This document shows positions 1 to 9,264 of a stretch of DNA of 64,000 bases, in pieces. This DNA comes from Desulfobacterales bacterium (GTDB taxonomy: Bacteria > Desulfobacterota > Desulfobacteria > Desulfobacterales > UBA2174): contig CAXXWC010000013.1 in NCBI GenBank assembly GCA_963668645.2, positions 1-64,000 of the forward strand, in the 5' to 3' direction. A program made the translations under genes and the position numbers. The notes beneath the pieces were generated by a model. It worked only from the letters and a program-made list of their open reading frames with translations. It was not told the DNA's origin and searched no databases. The first letter of the stretch is position 1, and each line of letters starts with the position of its first letter.

Positions 1-1104
1 GCAGGGGGATGGCCCGCCGCATCTCCCGCTCCACGCCTGACGGCGACGTGAAGGGGGTCGAACCGGTAAAGTTCATGGCCAAAAAGGAACTCAGGGCCGT
101 GGTGGCCAGTACCAGCGCCGCTGCGGCCAGGCCCGGCAGTTCCAGGCCTGCGGCCCAGACCCAGGCCGCGCCTGCCACCAGGCCGGCCGCGGCCCCCTTG
201 AAAGCGAAGGCGGTCCCCGGGATCCAAGGCAGCAGGGCCGGCGTGGCCACCGTTCCGGCCGCCACGGCGACTGCACAGGCCGCCAGGGCCAGACCGCCGC
301 GTTGCCATGCGGCCGCAGCGCTGAAGAATCCTGGCCCCAGGCCTGAGAGAAGATAAATCCCCACGGCCGTCCAAAAGGCCGGTTTGGGCAGAAAACTCAG
401 CTCCACGGGGATCAGCACAAGCCTTTCGCCCAGGGTGAAGGTCACCCGGCGCATCGCCGGCGTGGCCTTCATGCCGGCGGCCAGAAAAGCGCTGATGTCC
501 GCCGCGCGCACCGGTCCCCAGACCACTTCGAACCCGCATCCCCGTTTCACCTCCTGGGCGCAGACTCCTGTGGCGCCGAGCTGAGGCAGGATCAACCGCC
601 GGTGAGCGACCACCTGGGCCAGTGCGCTGGCAGCGACCCGGCGGATCACCTCGGCCGTCGAAAAAGTCCCTTTACCGGCCGCACACCAGACGTTGACCCC
701 CCCGGTGTCGAGGACCAGAATCCAGGCATCCGTTCCTTCCAGCTCCCGGCGCAAGCGGTCGAAACTCAGCTTGTAATTGGCCGTGACCAGAACCGGGAAG
801 CGGGGTCCGGCCGGCCCGCAGCATACAGGCCGGGGGCCACCGTGTAGCGGTCGCGGTCGATCCCCAGGCGCACGCCGAGGCTGCCGGCCCGATCATGACG
901 GTCCGCGGCCGTTCTGACGACCGGCACCGGCCCCGCAGCGGTTTGCAGGAAGCCGGCTACAAAGCGGCAGCGCCGGTAACCCGGCCGGGCGTGCGGATCG
1001 CCGTCCGGCGGCAGGCCACCGCCGCAGCATCCGGTGGACGGCGCGGGGGTGCAGCCCCCCTTGGGGGATTGCGGCGGGCAGATGGGAAAAGGCGTCGTAT
1101 CCAT
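1..1104 (-). CDS. hgcA: Mercury methylation corrinoid protein HgcA (1-nt frameshift near 795-797; 3' end outside window)
   Basis: Manual minus-strand translation gives VLVTANYKLSFD...ILVLDTGGVNVWCAAGKGTF (cap-helix motif), LILPQLGATGV, a hydrophobic TM region and NFTGSTPFTSPSGVEREMRRAIP. The N-terminal part is ORF 766..1104 (YTVAPGLYAAGRPD). Confidence 0.93.
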
Positions 1105-1135
1105 GAGTTATTTTCCGTGTCGGGCGGCGTGGCGG

Positions 1136-1450
1136 TTACAGGGCCTGGACCGCCTCTTTGAACCGTTCCAGCAGATCCAGGTCGAGGCAATAGCAGATGC
1201 GCGGACCATCCACCTGGCCGCGGATCAACCCGGACGCCTTGAGAATCTTGAGATGCTGGCTGACGGTGGACTGGGCCAGGGGCAGGATATCGACGATCCG
1301 GCCGCAGATGCACCGGTTCTCCTGCCGCAGAAAGGCCACGATGCGCAGCCGCGCCGGATGTCCCAGCGCCTTGCACAGGGCGGTGAAGGTTTCCGGCTCC
1401 AGGGGGGGCAGGACCGCTGCGGAACCGCCGTCATATCGATGGTCTGGCAT
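1136..1450 (-). CDS. ArsR/SmtB-family metalloregulator upstream of hgcA
   Basis: CKALGHPARLRI...RCICGRIV...AQSTVSQHLKILK...ICYC; ends 31 nt before hgcA on the same strand. Confidence 0.92.
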   Translation of the reverse strand: MPDHRYDGGSAAVLPPLEPETFTALCKALGHPARLRIVAFLRQENRCICGRIVDILPLAQSTVSQHLKILKASGLIRGQVDGPRICYCLDLDLLERFKEAVQAL

Positions 1451-1461
1451 CCTTCCTCCTT

Positions 1462-1488
1462 TTATCGTAAAACGACGATATACGATAA
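1462..1488. promoter_or_regulatory. Putative ArsR operator
   Basis: TATCGT-N6-ACGATA (1463-1480) nested in TTATCGTA...TACGATAA (1462-1488), directly upstream of the arsR RBS. Confidence 0.6.
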
Positions 1489-1730
1489 GCCAGGGCCCAA
1501 GTCAAGCCGCTGCAGCCACCATAATGCCGATCAGGGACGGCGGCTTGCCGGTGCTTTCGCTGCTGAATCGGCGTTTCGCAGGGAAACGATGGTTCTTGAC
1601 AGACAGACGGCCGGAAGGTTAGAGTGCCTCCGCCATTTAGGTGGATCGACAGGGAGAGCGAACTGCTCGGAATGACATCTCAAAGGGGGACGAAGCTTTA
1701 AATAAAATCCGAAGCGACAATATATTTTTT

Positions 1731-1925
1731 ATTTTTTCAGATGCTTGAAAAAGCTTGTAAGGGAACCCGGTGAAATTCCGGGACGGGCCCGCCGCTGTAA
1801 CTGGGGACGAAAGTTGCTGGGTTATGCCACTGACGGCTTTAGCAGAGGCAAGAAACGCTAAAAAAGCTGTCGGGAAGGCGCAACGAGTAGGCTGATCCAG
1901 AAGTCAGAAGACCTGTCTGAAGAAT
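1731..1925 (+). ncRNA. Cobalamin riboswitch
   Basis: AAGGGAACCCGGTGAAATTCCGGGACGGGCCCGCCGCTGTAA, GCCACTG, GGGAAGGC and B12 box AGTCAGAAGACCTG; P1 TTCAGA/TCTGAA. Confidence 0.93.
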
Positions 1926-1991
1926 GATGGCTGGTTTTCCTTCGTGGCAAGAGGGGGTCAGCGGCAGCAAGTGATTCGTGGAAAAACTGGG

Positions 1992-2030
1992 AATCCCCGA
2001 ACCTTATCATAAGGTTCGGGGATTTTTTTT
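1992..2030 (+). terminator. Intrinsic terminator (riboswitch expression platform)
   Basis: 15-bp stem AATCCCCGAACCTTA/TAAGGTTCGGGGATT followed by a T-run, between the aptamer and the first gene. Confidence 0.88.
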
Positions 2031-2240
2031 GTTCGAAGCTCTCGCAAAAGCCCTCCTGCCCGAAGCCGGTGCCGGCCTCCCCGTAGATTTTCGGCGCTCG
2101 GTGGGGGCGCGCCCCGGCAAGCCGGCCTGCTTTCAAGGGGTCCGGTTGCGGTGTGATGCCGGATGTATTGCGTATCATTTTTTAATCCGGGACCTTGGCT
2201 TCGCCGAGGGCCCGGGAACCATGGAGGAGTGAGAGCGGTG

Positions 2241-4046
2241 ATGAAATCAAGCAAAAGGCAATTGGTCGTCGGGCTGGTATTGGGTGCGCTGATCTTGGCG
2301 GGCAATGTCCAGGCGCAAGAAAAGGAACAGCCGGTTTCGGACGTGTTGGATCCCATGATCGTGACGGCGACACGAGATGAGAAAAGGGATCTGGACATCG
2401 CGGCGGCAACCCAGGTTTTTACCCATCAGGAAATCGTCGAAATGGGCGCCCAGACGGTATTGGAGGTCATCGAGAACATACCGGATTTTGTGGTTTCCCA
2501 ATCCCCATCCGGCAATGGGCTGCCCGGTTTGAGGGGCATCACGGGCTATTTGACCATCATGATAAACGGGATCCCGCTGGCCAATGAAGGATACTTTCAG
2601 TTGGGGAGCATTGCCACTTCGGGGGTCGAGCGGGTGGAAATCGTCAAAGGCGGCTCTGCGGTTTTATATGGCAGTGACGCCACCACCGGTGTGGTCAACA
2701 TCATCACCAAAAAAGATGATGCCAATCACGTCTCGGTGGGCGCCGGTAACAACGGCCAGCTGCAAGGCGGCGCCTTTGTCAAAAAGTCTGGATTTTCCGT
2801 TGCCGTCGACCATTACCGCAAAGAGAATTACGGGACCACTTATAAGTCCTCGAGCACGGAATACCGTGGCGAGGAGTTGGAAAGGACGAATGTCAATCTG
2901 AATTACGAATTGAACGAACATATCAATCTTATGTACCTGCATAGCCAAAAAGAATCCGAATCTTCCAAATATTGGCCGGACACGGACACCGTCAAAGGGG
3001 ACCCCTGGGAAAACGAGCAGGTCTACGACATCGGCCAGGCCAGTTTCACCTGGGATGATCTTCGGGTGCTTTTCTACGGCCAGTCACGGAAATGGGAATA
3101 TGTCAATCCTTCCGGCAAGCAAAAGGGCCGCTATTATGGTGTTGATATCCAGGATAAATGGCAGTTTTCAAAACTGGCCGTAACGGCAGGGGGAAATTAC
3201 GACCATGAGAAGTCCAGCCGCCTCAGTGGCGACGAATGGATCGACAACACCAGGGACAAGGGGGCGCTATTCGTTTTAACGGAAACCGACCTGTTTTCGG
3301 CGACAAAGCTGATGCTCGGGGCACGCGAGGTCTTCAGCGATACATCGGATAATGTCTTTTGCCCGCAACTGCAGATTCTGCAAGGCTTCGGAGAAACCGG
3401 CAGCGTATATCTGAATGTGAACAAATCCCTGAGGGAGCCCAACCTTTCGCAGATTTACGGCTATTCGGCAACCCAGGTGCCCAATGAAGATTTGGACGCC
3501 GAGATCGGCTGGACATACGAGATCGGCTGGAAAAAGCAGATCACCAGGGCCGACATGTTGAAACTGGCGCTTTACCACATGGAAATCGATGACCGGATTT
3601 ACAGCAGCAAGACAAGCTCCGGGGAGACGATCTATCTAAACGCCTCCAAATTCAAGAATACGGGCGCTGAATTGAGCTATGAGCACAAGGCGCCCAAAGG
3701 CCTGTTTTACGGCGCGGGTCTTGCCTATATGGACCCGAAACAGAAGGCGGCCGGAAGCGATGACTGGGAGGATACGGAACACCAGCTCGGCATGCATCTC
3801 AACATCGGCTACAGGTGGCTGGACCGCGGCATGTGCAGCCTCGTGGTCAATCACAACGCCATGCGCAGCGAGGACACCGACCCCATGTGGGATGTCAGTC
3901 TTAACGCCAGTTTGGATCTGAGCGCCAAGGACACGCTCCGGCTGCACATCAACAACCTGCTCGACAGGGATGACTACATCAGTTCCGGCGGCGGCTCTGT
4001 TCTGGAAGCGCGCAACCTGTTGCTGACCTATGAGCGGTCGTTCTAA
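2241..4046 (+). CDS. TonB-dependent receptor, BtuB/CirA-like
   Basis: GGAGGAG RBS, signal peptide, TonB box DPMIVTATR, plug motif VERVEIVKGGSAVLYGSDA, C-terminal NNLLDR...F. Confidence 0.9.
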   Translation: MKSSKRQLVVGLVLGALILAGNVQAQEKEQPVSDVLDPMIVTATRDEKRDLDIAAATQVFTHQEIVEMGAQTVLEVIENIPDFVVSQSPSGNGLPGLRGITGYLTIMINGIPLANEGYFQLGSIATSGVERVEIVKGGSAVLYGSDATTGVVNIITKKDDANHVSVGAGNNGQLQGGAFVKKSGFSVAVDHYRKENYGTTYKSSSTEYRGEELERTNVNLNYELNEHINLMYLHSQKESESSKYWPDTDTVKGDPWENEQVYDIGQASFTWDDLRVLFYGQSRKWEYVNPSGKQKGRYYGVDIQDKWQFSKLAVTAGGNYDHEKSSRLSGDEWIDNTRDKGALFVLTETDLFSATKLMLGAREVFSDTSDNVFCPQLQILQGFGETGSVYLNVNKSLREPNLSQIYGYSATQVPNEDLDAEIGWTYEIGWKKQITRADMLKLALYHMEIDDRIYSSKTSSGETIYLNASKFKNTGAELSYEHKAPKGLFYGAGLAYMDPKQKAAGSDDWEDTEHQLGMHLNIGYRWLDRGMCSLVVNHNAMRSEDTDPMWDVSLNASLDLSAKDTLRLHINNLLDRDDYISSGGGSVLEARNLLLTYERSF

Positions 4047-4084
4047 CCCTTCAAGATCCGGTTCAAAATAATAGAGGCGCCGTC

Positions 4085-5371
4085 ATGAAACGTATCATCG
4101 GTCTTGTTTTCCCGCTGCTCTGCCTACCGTTTTTTTGCACCCCGCTGTGGGCGAACCCCAACGGGCCGGAAAGCCACCGGCAGGGCAAGGCGGCCGATTT
4201 TGCCTTTGTCTTGGATATTTTCGGAAATGCCGACATGAACTGGACCATTGATACGCGGGACCGGGACTACGTGAGGGCTGTGATTGAAGGGTCGGCCGCG
4301 CCCACAAAATACGCCGATGCCGATGGCAACGGTGTTATCGACGCAGACGATCTGGCCCAGATCCAGCGCCTGCTCGACGGCAACCCGGAAAGCATAACCC
4401 TCATCGATTCCTCCGGGACGCAGATGACGATTGATATGCCTGTCAAGCGGGTGGTTTCCATGGCGCCATGGGCCACCCGCACCCTCATTCAGCTCAGGGC
4501 TCAGGACACCCTTGTGGGCATTGATGCCTACACGGTCAAGGGGTCGCGATATTCCGGGCAACTCGCCTTTCTCCAGGCCTGTCCCGGCCTGGGGACGCTT
4601 ACCAGCATCGGCACCGCCGCGGAACCCAACAAGGAGGTCCTGGCATCCCTTGATGCGGATATGATCCTTGCCGGCCGGGTCAAGCCGGATCGGGCCAAGA
4701 TATTGAAACAGATCTCGCGCTGCCCCGTTGTGTTCCAGCCCACCATCAACATGAACGGGGCGGATTACGCCGTTGACAACGGCCCTTACGAAAACTGGCT
4801 CACGATGGGGTATGTTTTCGGAAAGGTTGAACGGGCCCGCAGCATCATTGATTTTTGTGAACAGGAGTTTGCGGCCATCGGTGCCGGAACGGGCATGCTC
4901 GCTGAAAAAGAAAAACGCAGCGCGTGGTTTTGTTCCGGAAAATTAAACCGGGCCAGCTCCGCCTACAGCCCCATCCTGATGGCAGGGGCGGTGATGCCTT
5001 TTGCCGGCGAGAAGCCTTTTTTCGGGGAGATCCAGCTGGAACAGGTGCTCAAATGGAATCCGGATGTCATATTCGTCCAGTATTGGCCCCATCTTTCCGG
5101 CATGATCGATGAGATGCGCCGGGACAAAACCCTTGGTTTGCTCAAAGCCGTGAAAAACGACGATGTTTTTTTTATCCGCGACGGCAGGATCGGCTATGAT
5201 GCGGCCTTTTGCGCAGCCGAAACCTGGTATATCGCCAAAGCCGTCTATCCCGAATTTTTTCAGGATGTCAGTGTCGAAGACAGGGCAAACCGCATGCTCG
5301 AATTTCTCTATGGCGCCCCGGGGCTATACACATGGGAAATAACGGCGCGCCCTGTTTACAAAACCTGGTAA
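4085..5371 (+). CDS. ABC substrate-binding protein (BtuF/FecB class) with N-terminal dockerin/EF-hand-like pair
   Basis: Signal peptide; GNADMNWTIDTRD and DADGNGVIDADD loops; PVKRVVS, EPNKEVLASLDAD, LEQVLKWNPDVI, AVKN. Confidence 0.85.
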   Translation: MKRIIGLVFPLLCLPFFCTPLWANPNGPESHRQGKAADFAFVLDIFGNADMNWTIDTRDRDYVRAVIEGSAAPTKYADADGNGVIDADDLAQIQRLLDGNPESITLIDSSGTQMTIDMPVKRVVSMAPWATRTLIQLRAQDTLVGIDAYTVKGSRYSGQLAFLQACPGLGTLTSIGTAAEPNKEVLASLDADMILAGRVKPDRAKILKQISRCPVVFQPTINMNGADYAVDNGPYENWLTMGYVFGKVERARSIIDFCEQEFAAIGAGTGMLAEKEKRSAWFCSGKLNRASSAYSPILMAGAVMPFAGEKPFFGEIQLEQVLKWNPDVIFVQYWPHLSGMIDEMRRDKTLGLLKAVKNDDVFFIRDGRIGYDAAFCAAETWYIAKAVYPEFFQDVSVEDRANRMLEFLYGAPGLYTWEITARPVYKTW

Positions 5372-5377
5372 TTGGTC

Positions 5378-6457
5378 ATGGACCAAACCGTTTTTTCAGA
5401 TGCTTGCGCAATAAAAAACAAGGCAATCCTACGGGGTTACCATCGATCTTTGGTTGTGCGGCAGATCTCCATCTGGGGCCTGGTCTTTTGTGTTTTGTTT
5501 TTTGTCGGGTTCGCAACGGCTTTCGGTGTATTTGAAATCCCCATTTCAGAAATCTACCGCGTCATCACCAGGCACCTGTGGCGGGAACCCACCGGGCTTC
5601 CCGAACTGACCGAGCATATCATTCTCAATATCCGCCTGCCCCGGATCATCATGGGCCTGCTCTCGGGCTGCGGCCTGGGCATTGCCGGCTGTGTGATGCA
5701 GGGCATCTTGCGAAACCCCATGGCCTCGCCCTACACCCTGGGCATTTCGTCGGGGGCCTCCTTCGGCGCCACGCTTGCGATCGCCCTGAATCTGTCGATC
5801 CTGCCGGGCGCTTACGGCATCGTTGCCAATGCTTTTGCCGGATCACTCGCAGGTGCCTTGCTGATCCTGGCCATTTCTGCCCGGCACAACGCCTCGCCGG
5901 TATTCATGATTCTTACAGGCATCGCTTTGATGTTTTTTTTCTCGGCCACCACCACGCTGATCCAGTACTTTGCCGAGGACGAGGCAGTAAAAAGTGTCGT
6001 GTTCTGGATGGTCGGCTCCCTTGGTCTGGCCGACTGGACGAAGATCAAGTTGATCGGTGCCGTTCTGGCGGTTTCATTCGTCTTGATATTCAGCCGGGCC
6101 TGGGACTTGAATCTGCTTTCCTTCGGCGATGAAACCGCCCTCAGCATGGGAATCCATGTCAAACGGATCCGGCTTTTTACTTTGCTGCTCAGCGTTCTGT
6201 TGACCGCCACGATCGTCTGTTTTGTCGGCACCATCGGGTTTATCGGCCTTGTGGCCCCCCATATCTGCAGGCTCCTCATTGGCGGCGACAACCAGTACCT
6301 GATTCCCATGTCGGGGCTTCTGGGTGCATTGCTGCTGGCAGGCGCCGATCTGTTCGCCGCCAACATCATCGCCCCGGTGGAGATTCCGGTCGGGGTGGTG
6401 ACGGCCTACATGGGGGTGCCGCTGTTTCTTTTCGTCATCTTCAGAAAACTGCGATAG
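5378..6457 (+). CDS. FecCD/BtuC-family ABC permease
   Basis: IRLPRI, MQGILRNPMASPYTLGISSGA, GDETALSMG, IGFIGLVAPHI, IPVGVVTA. Confidence 0.95.
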   Translation: MDQTVFSDACAIKNKAILRGYHRSLVVRQISIWGLVFCVLFFVGFATAFGVFEIPISEIYRVITRHLWREPTGLPELTEHIILNIRLPRIIMGLLSGCGLGIAGCVMQGILRNPMASPYTLGISSGASFGATLAIALNLSILPGAYGIVANAFAGSLAGALLILAISARHNASPVFMILTGIALMFFFSATTTLIQYFAEDEAVKSVVFWMVGSLGLADWTKIKLIGAVLAVSFVLIFSRAWDLNLLSFGDETALSMGIHVKRIRLFTLLLSVLLTATIVCFVGTIGFIGLVAPHICRLLIGGDNQYLIPMSGLLGALLLAGADLFAANIIAPVEIPVGVVTAYMGVPLFLFVIFRKLR

Positions 6458-6465
6458 GTGGCGGC

Positions 6466-7233
6466 GTGATACGCGTAAACGATCTGTCTTTTTCCTACGG
6501 CAAGCATACGCCGATTCTGCAACGGATTACCTTCAGCGTGTCCGGCGGGGAGATTCTGGGCGTCATCGGCCCCAACGGCGCCGGGAAATCGACCTTGATC
6601 CGGTGCCTGAACCGGATCCTGACGCCCCCCAAGGGCCGGATCCATCTGAAGGGCCGGCCGGTCGAAGCCTATTCGCGCAAGGAGATTGCAAAGCTCGTCG
6701 GATACGTGCCCCAGAAGCATCAGGCCGCATTTCCCTGCAAGGTCCTGGAACTCGTGATGACCGGACTGGGAAAAACCTGGTACCAGGCGGCCGCCATGAA
6801 ACAGGCCCGGCAGGCGTTGCAGGCATTGCAGCGGCTCCATATGGAAGACATGGCCCTGCGGGATTTCGAATCCCTCAGCGGCGGCGAACAGCAGAAGGTG
6901 GTGATCGCCCGGATGATCGCCTCCCGGGCGCAAATCATGCTGCTGGATGAACCGACCAGCAACCTGGATATACGCTATCAGCTGGAAACCCTCCGGCTGA
7001 TAAAAGACATCGTGCGCCCAAAAGGGCATGCCGCCGTGGTCGCCATTCACGATCTCGACATGGCCATGCGCTACTGTGATCGCATCCTTTTGCTGGATAA
7101 AGGCCGGGCGGTCGCCTTCGGCCCGCCGGATGCGGTCATGGCAAGGGAGAATATCCGCAAGGTCTACGGGATAGAGATCGGGTTTGTGGACAAAAAGGGC
7201 CGCAAAATACTGATTGTAGAGGATGCCATATGA
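6466..7233 (+). CDS. ABC ATPase, BtuD/FepC class
   Basis: [32 protein letters not shown]. Confidence 0.95.
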   Translation: MIRVNDLSFSYGKHTPILQRITFSVSGGEILGVIGPNGAGKSTLIRCLNRILTPPKGRIHLKGRPVEAYSRKEIAKLVGYVPQKHQAAFPCKVLELVMTGLGKTWYQAAAMKQARQALQALQRLHMEDMALRDFESLSGGEQQKVVIARMIASRAQIMLLDEPTSNLDIRYQLETLRLIKDIVRPKGHAAVVAIHDLDMAMRYCDRILLLDKGRAVAFGPPDAVMARENIRKVYGIEIGFVDKKGRKILIVEDAI

Positions 7234-7994
7234 AAAAAATCGCTGTTTACGGAAAGGGCGGCATCGGAAAATCCACCGTTTCGGCCAATCTTTCCGCCGC
7301 CATTTCCCTCAGGGGCCGCAGGGTCATGCAGGTCGGCTGTGATCCAAAGGCCGATTCGACCATCAATCTGACCGGCGGCCGGAGCGTTACCCCCATTCTG
7401 GAACATCTGCGCACCAAAAGGGACGTATCCCTGGACAGCGTCGTATCCAGGGGTTTTAACGGCATTTACTGCGCCGAATGCGGCGGGCCCACCCCCGGGT
7501 TGGGGTGCGCCGGGCGGGGCATCATCACGGCCTTTGATTTTCTGGAAAAAAAGGGGGCCTTCACCCGGTTTCAACCCGATTACGTGATTTATGATGTGCT
7601 CGGGGACGTTGTCTGCGGCGGATTCGCCATGCCGATCCGCGACGGCTACGCCGAAGAGGTCTACATCGTGACCTCGGGTGAAAAAATGGCCCTCTACGCC
7701 GCCCGCAATATCGCCCTGGCCATTGATCAGTTCAAGCAGAGAAATTACGCCCGGCTCGGCGGTATCATCCTCAACGCCAAAAATGTTCCCCGCGAGAAAG
7801 AAATCGTCCAAGATCTGTGCGAGACGCTGGCGGTCCCGCTGCTTGCGCATATTCCGCGCGATGAGGAAATCAACAAATGGGAGCAGGCCAATAAAACGGT
7901 GATCGAGGGCGACAGCCGCTCGGCCATCAGCGCGGTTTTCATGGCGCTTGCCGCCAGGATAATGGGTGCGGACGCCCAAGCGACGGGGAGATGA
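7230..7994 (+). CDS. NifH/BchL/CfbC-family Fe protein (nitrogenase-like, NflH)
   Basis: [45 protein letters not shown]; overlaps the ATPase stop (ATGA). Confidence 0.95.
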   Translation: MKKIAVYGKGGIGKSTVSANLSAAISLRGRRVMQVGCDPKADSTINLTGGRSVTPILEHLRTKRDVSLDSVVSRGFNGIYCAECGGPTPGLGCAGRGIITAFDFLEKKGAFTRFQPDYVIYDVLGDVVCGGFAMPIRDGYAEEVYIVTSGEKMALYAARNIALAIDQFKQRNYARLGGIILNAKNVPREKEIVQDLCETLAVPLLAHIPRDEEINKWEQANKTVIEGDSRSAISAVFMALAARIMGADAQATGR

Positions 7995-7995
7995 G

Positions 7996-9264
7996 ATGCC
8001 GCTCAAAAGGCTGTCCCAGATAGCGGATGGAACCGATATTCACGAACTTCAGTCCTGCATTTATCCCGGAGGGCACTGCCCCCTTTTCGGGGCCCATCTG
8101 ACCCTGGAACCGATCGCCGGGGTCACCATGCTGGTGGTCGGTCTGGCCGATTGCGGTTTTTATGCCTACAAGACCATGAAAAATTTTGCACCTTCCGCCC
8201 GGCGGGGGGCCCGTGTTTTCAGTTGCGTACTGGAAGAACCAGATGTGATTTACGGCTGCGGGGATGCTCTCAAATCGATTCTTTTACAACTGGATCAGGA
8301 TGCCGAAACCAAGATGATTGTGGTGATCACTTCCTGTGTGATCGAGCTGATCGGCGAGGATGTCGAAGGCGTTGTCGAGGAAGTCAGACCGGAATGCCGG
8401 ACGCCCATCGCCGTCATCCGGACCGAAAATTTCAAAACGGCCGATTATATCGAGGGGGTGGAAAAGGCGCTCGCCGCCGTATCCCATCTGCTCTCCCCCG
8501 CCAGGCCGGTCCCGGGCAGCTTTTCCGTATTGGGTCCCCGGTTTCAGGGGGTAAGGGAAAACAGCATCGTCCGGAGGCTCCTGGCGGACGGGTACACCCT
8601 GACGGCCGAATTTCCCTGCAATACCGACTGGGAGGCCATCGGCCGCATCGGCACGTCATCGTTTATCCTGGTCAGCGATGCGGCGGCCCTCAATCTGGCC
8701 CGCCGGCTGGAGCAGGATTTTGGCATTCCTTTTGTCGATTTGTCGCCCGATCCATCCTGGACCGGCATAGCAGCCGCCTATGGAGCGCTTTCCCGGGTCA
8801 CGGGGACGCCTTATACAGAGGTCCTCGACCGGGCTGAAGAAAATCTGGAAACCCTGCGCACCCGGGTGAAACGGGTCTTTGCCGGCAAAAGATTCATCGT
8901 CGGCAACGGCATGGGGTCCCCTTTTGGCGCGGCCCGTCTCATTGCGGAAATCGGAGGGGACATCGCCTTGATCCTTGCCGGCAACATCTATGAAAAAGAC
9001 CGCGAATCGGTCACAAGACTATTGGCGTTGCACCAGGATCCGCCGGTTGCCAAGAATGCCAACACTGCGGCCCTCGAAGCCCATTTAGACCCCCTGCAGG
9101 CCGACTTTCATATCGGCATGGGATGGGGCCGGCGGCCCAACAGGTCCAGGCCCCGGCTTCTGCCCATCGGCACGCTGCAGCCGCTGATGGGGATCGACTA
9201 CCCGCAGCGATTCTACGCCAGCCTGATGGCGCATGCGGATGAGGAAGGCACCTTTTCACCATGA
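7996..9264 (+). CDS. Nitrogenase component 1-like subunit (NflD/BchN-like)
   Basis: GGHCPLFGA, GLADCGFY, EEPDVIYG, TSCVIELIGED: three cluster Cys at 28, 53 and 114. Confidence 0.85.
   Translation: MPLKRLSQIADGTDIHELQSCIYPGGHCPLFGAHLTLEPIAGVTMLVVGLADCGFYAYKTMKNFAPSARRGARVFSCVLEEPDVIYGCGDALKSILLQLDQDAETKMIVVITSCVIELIGEDVEGVVEEVRPECRTPIAVIRTENFKTADYIEGVEKALAAVSHLLSPARPVPGSFSVLGPRFQGVRENSIVRRLLADGYTLTAEFPCNTDWEAIGRIGTSSFILVSDAAALNLARRLEQDFGIPFVDLSPDPSWTGIAAAYGALSRVTGTPYTEVLDRAEENLETLRTRVKRVFAGKRFIVGNGMGSPFGAARLIAEIGGDIALILAGNIYEKDRESVTRLLALHQDPPVAKNANTAALEAHLDPLQADFHIGMGWGRRPNRSRPRLLPIGTLQPLMGIDYPQRFYASLMAHADEEGTFSP

Noticed and set aside
766..768. Selenocysteine read-through of the TGA ending the hgcA 5' ORF
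   Set aside because: The TGA is out of frame with the conserved downstream sequence; a frameshift explains it.
1595..1700. Second riboswitch upstream of the cobalamin element
   Set aside because: Only a small hairpin and a GGAGAG; no complete consensus of a family I recognise.
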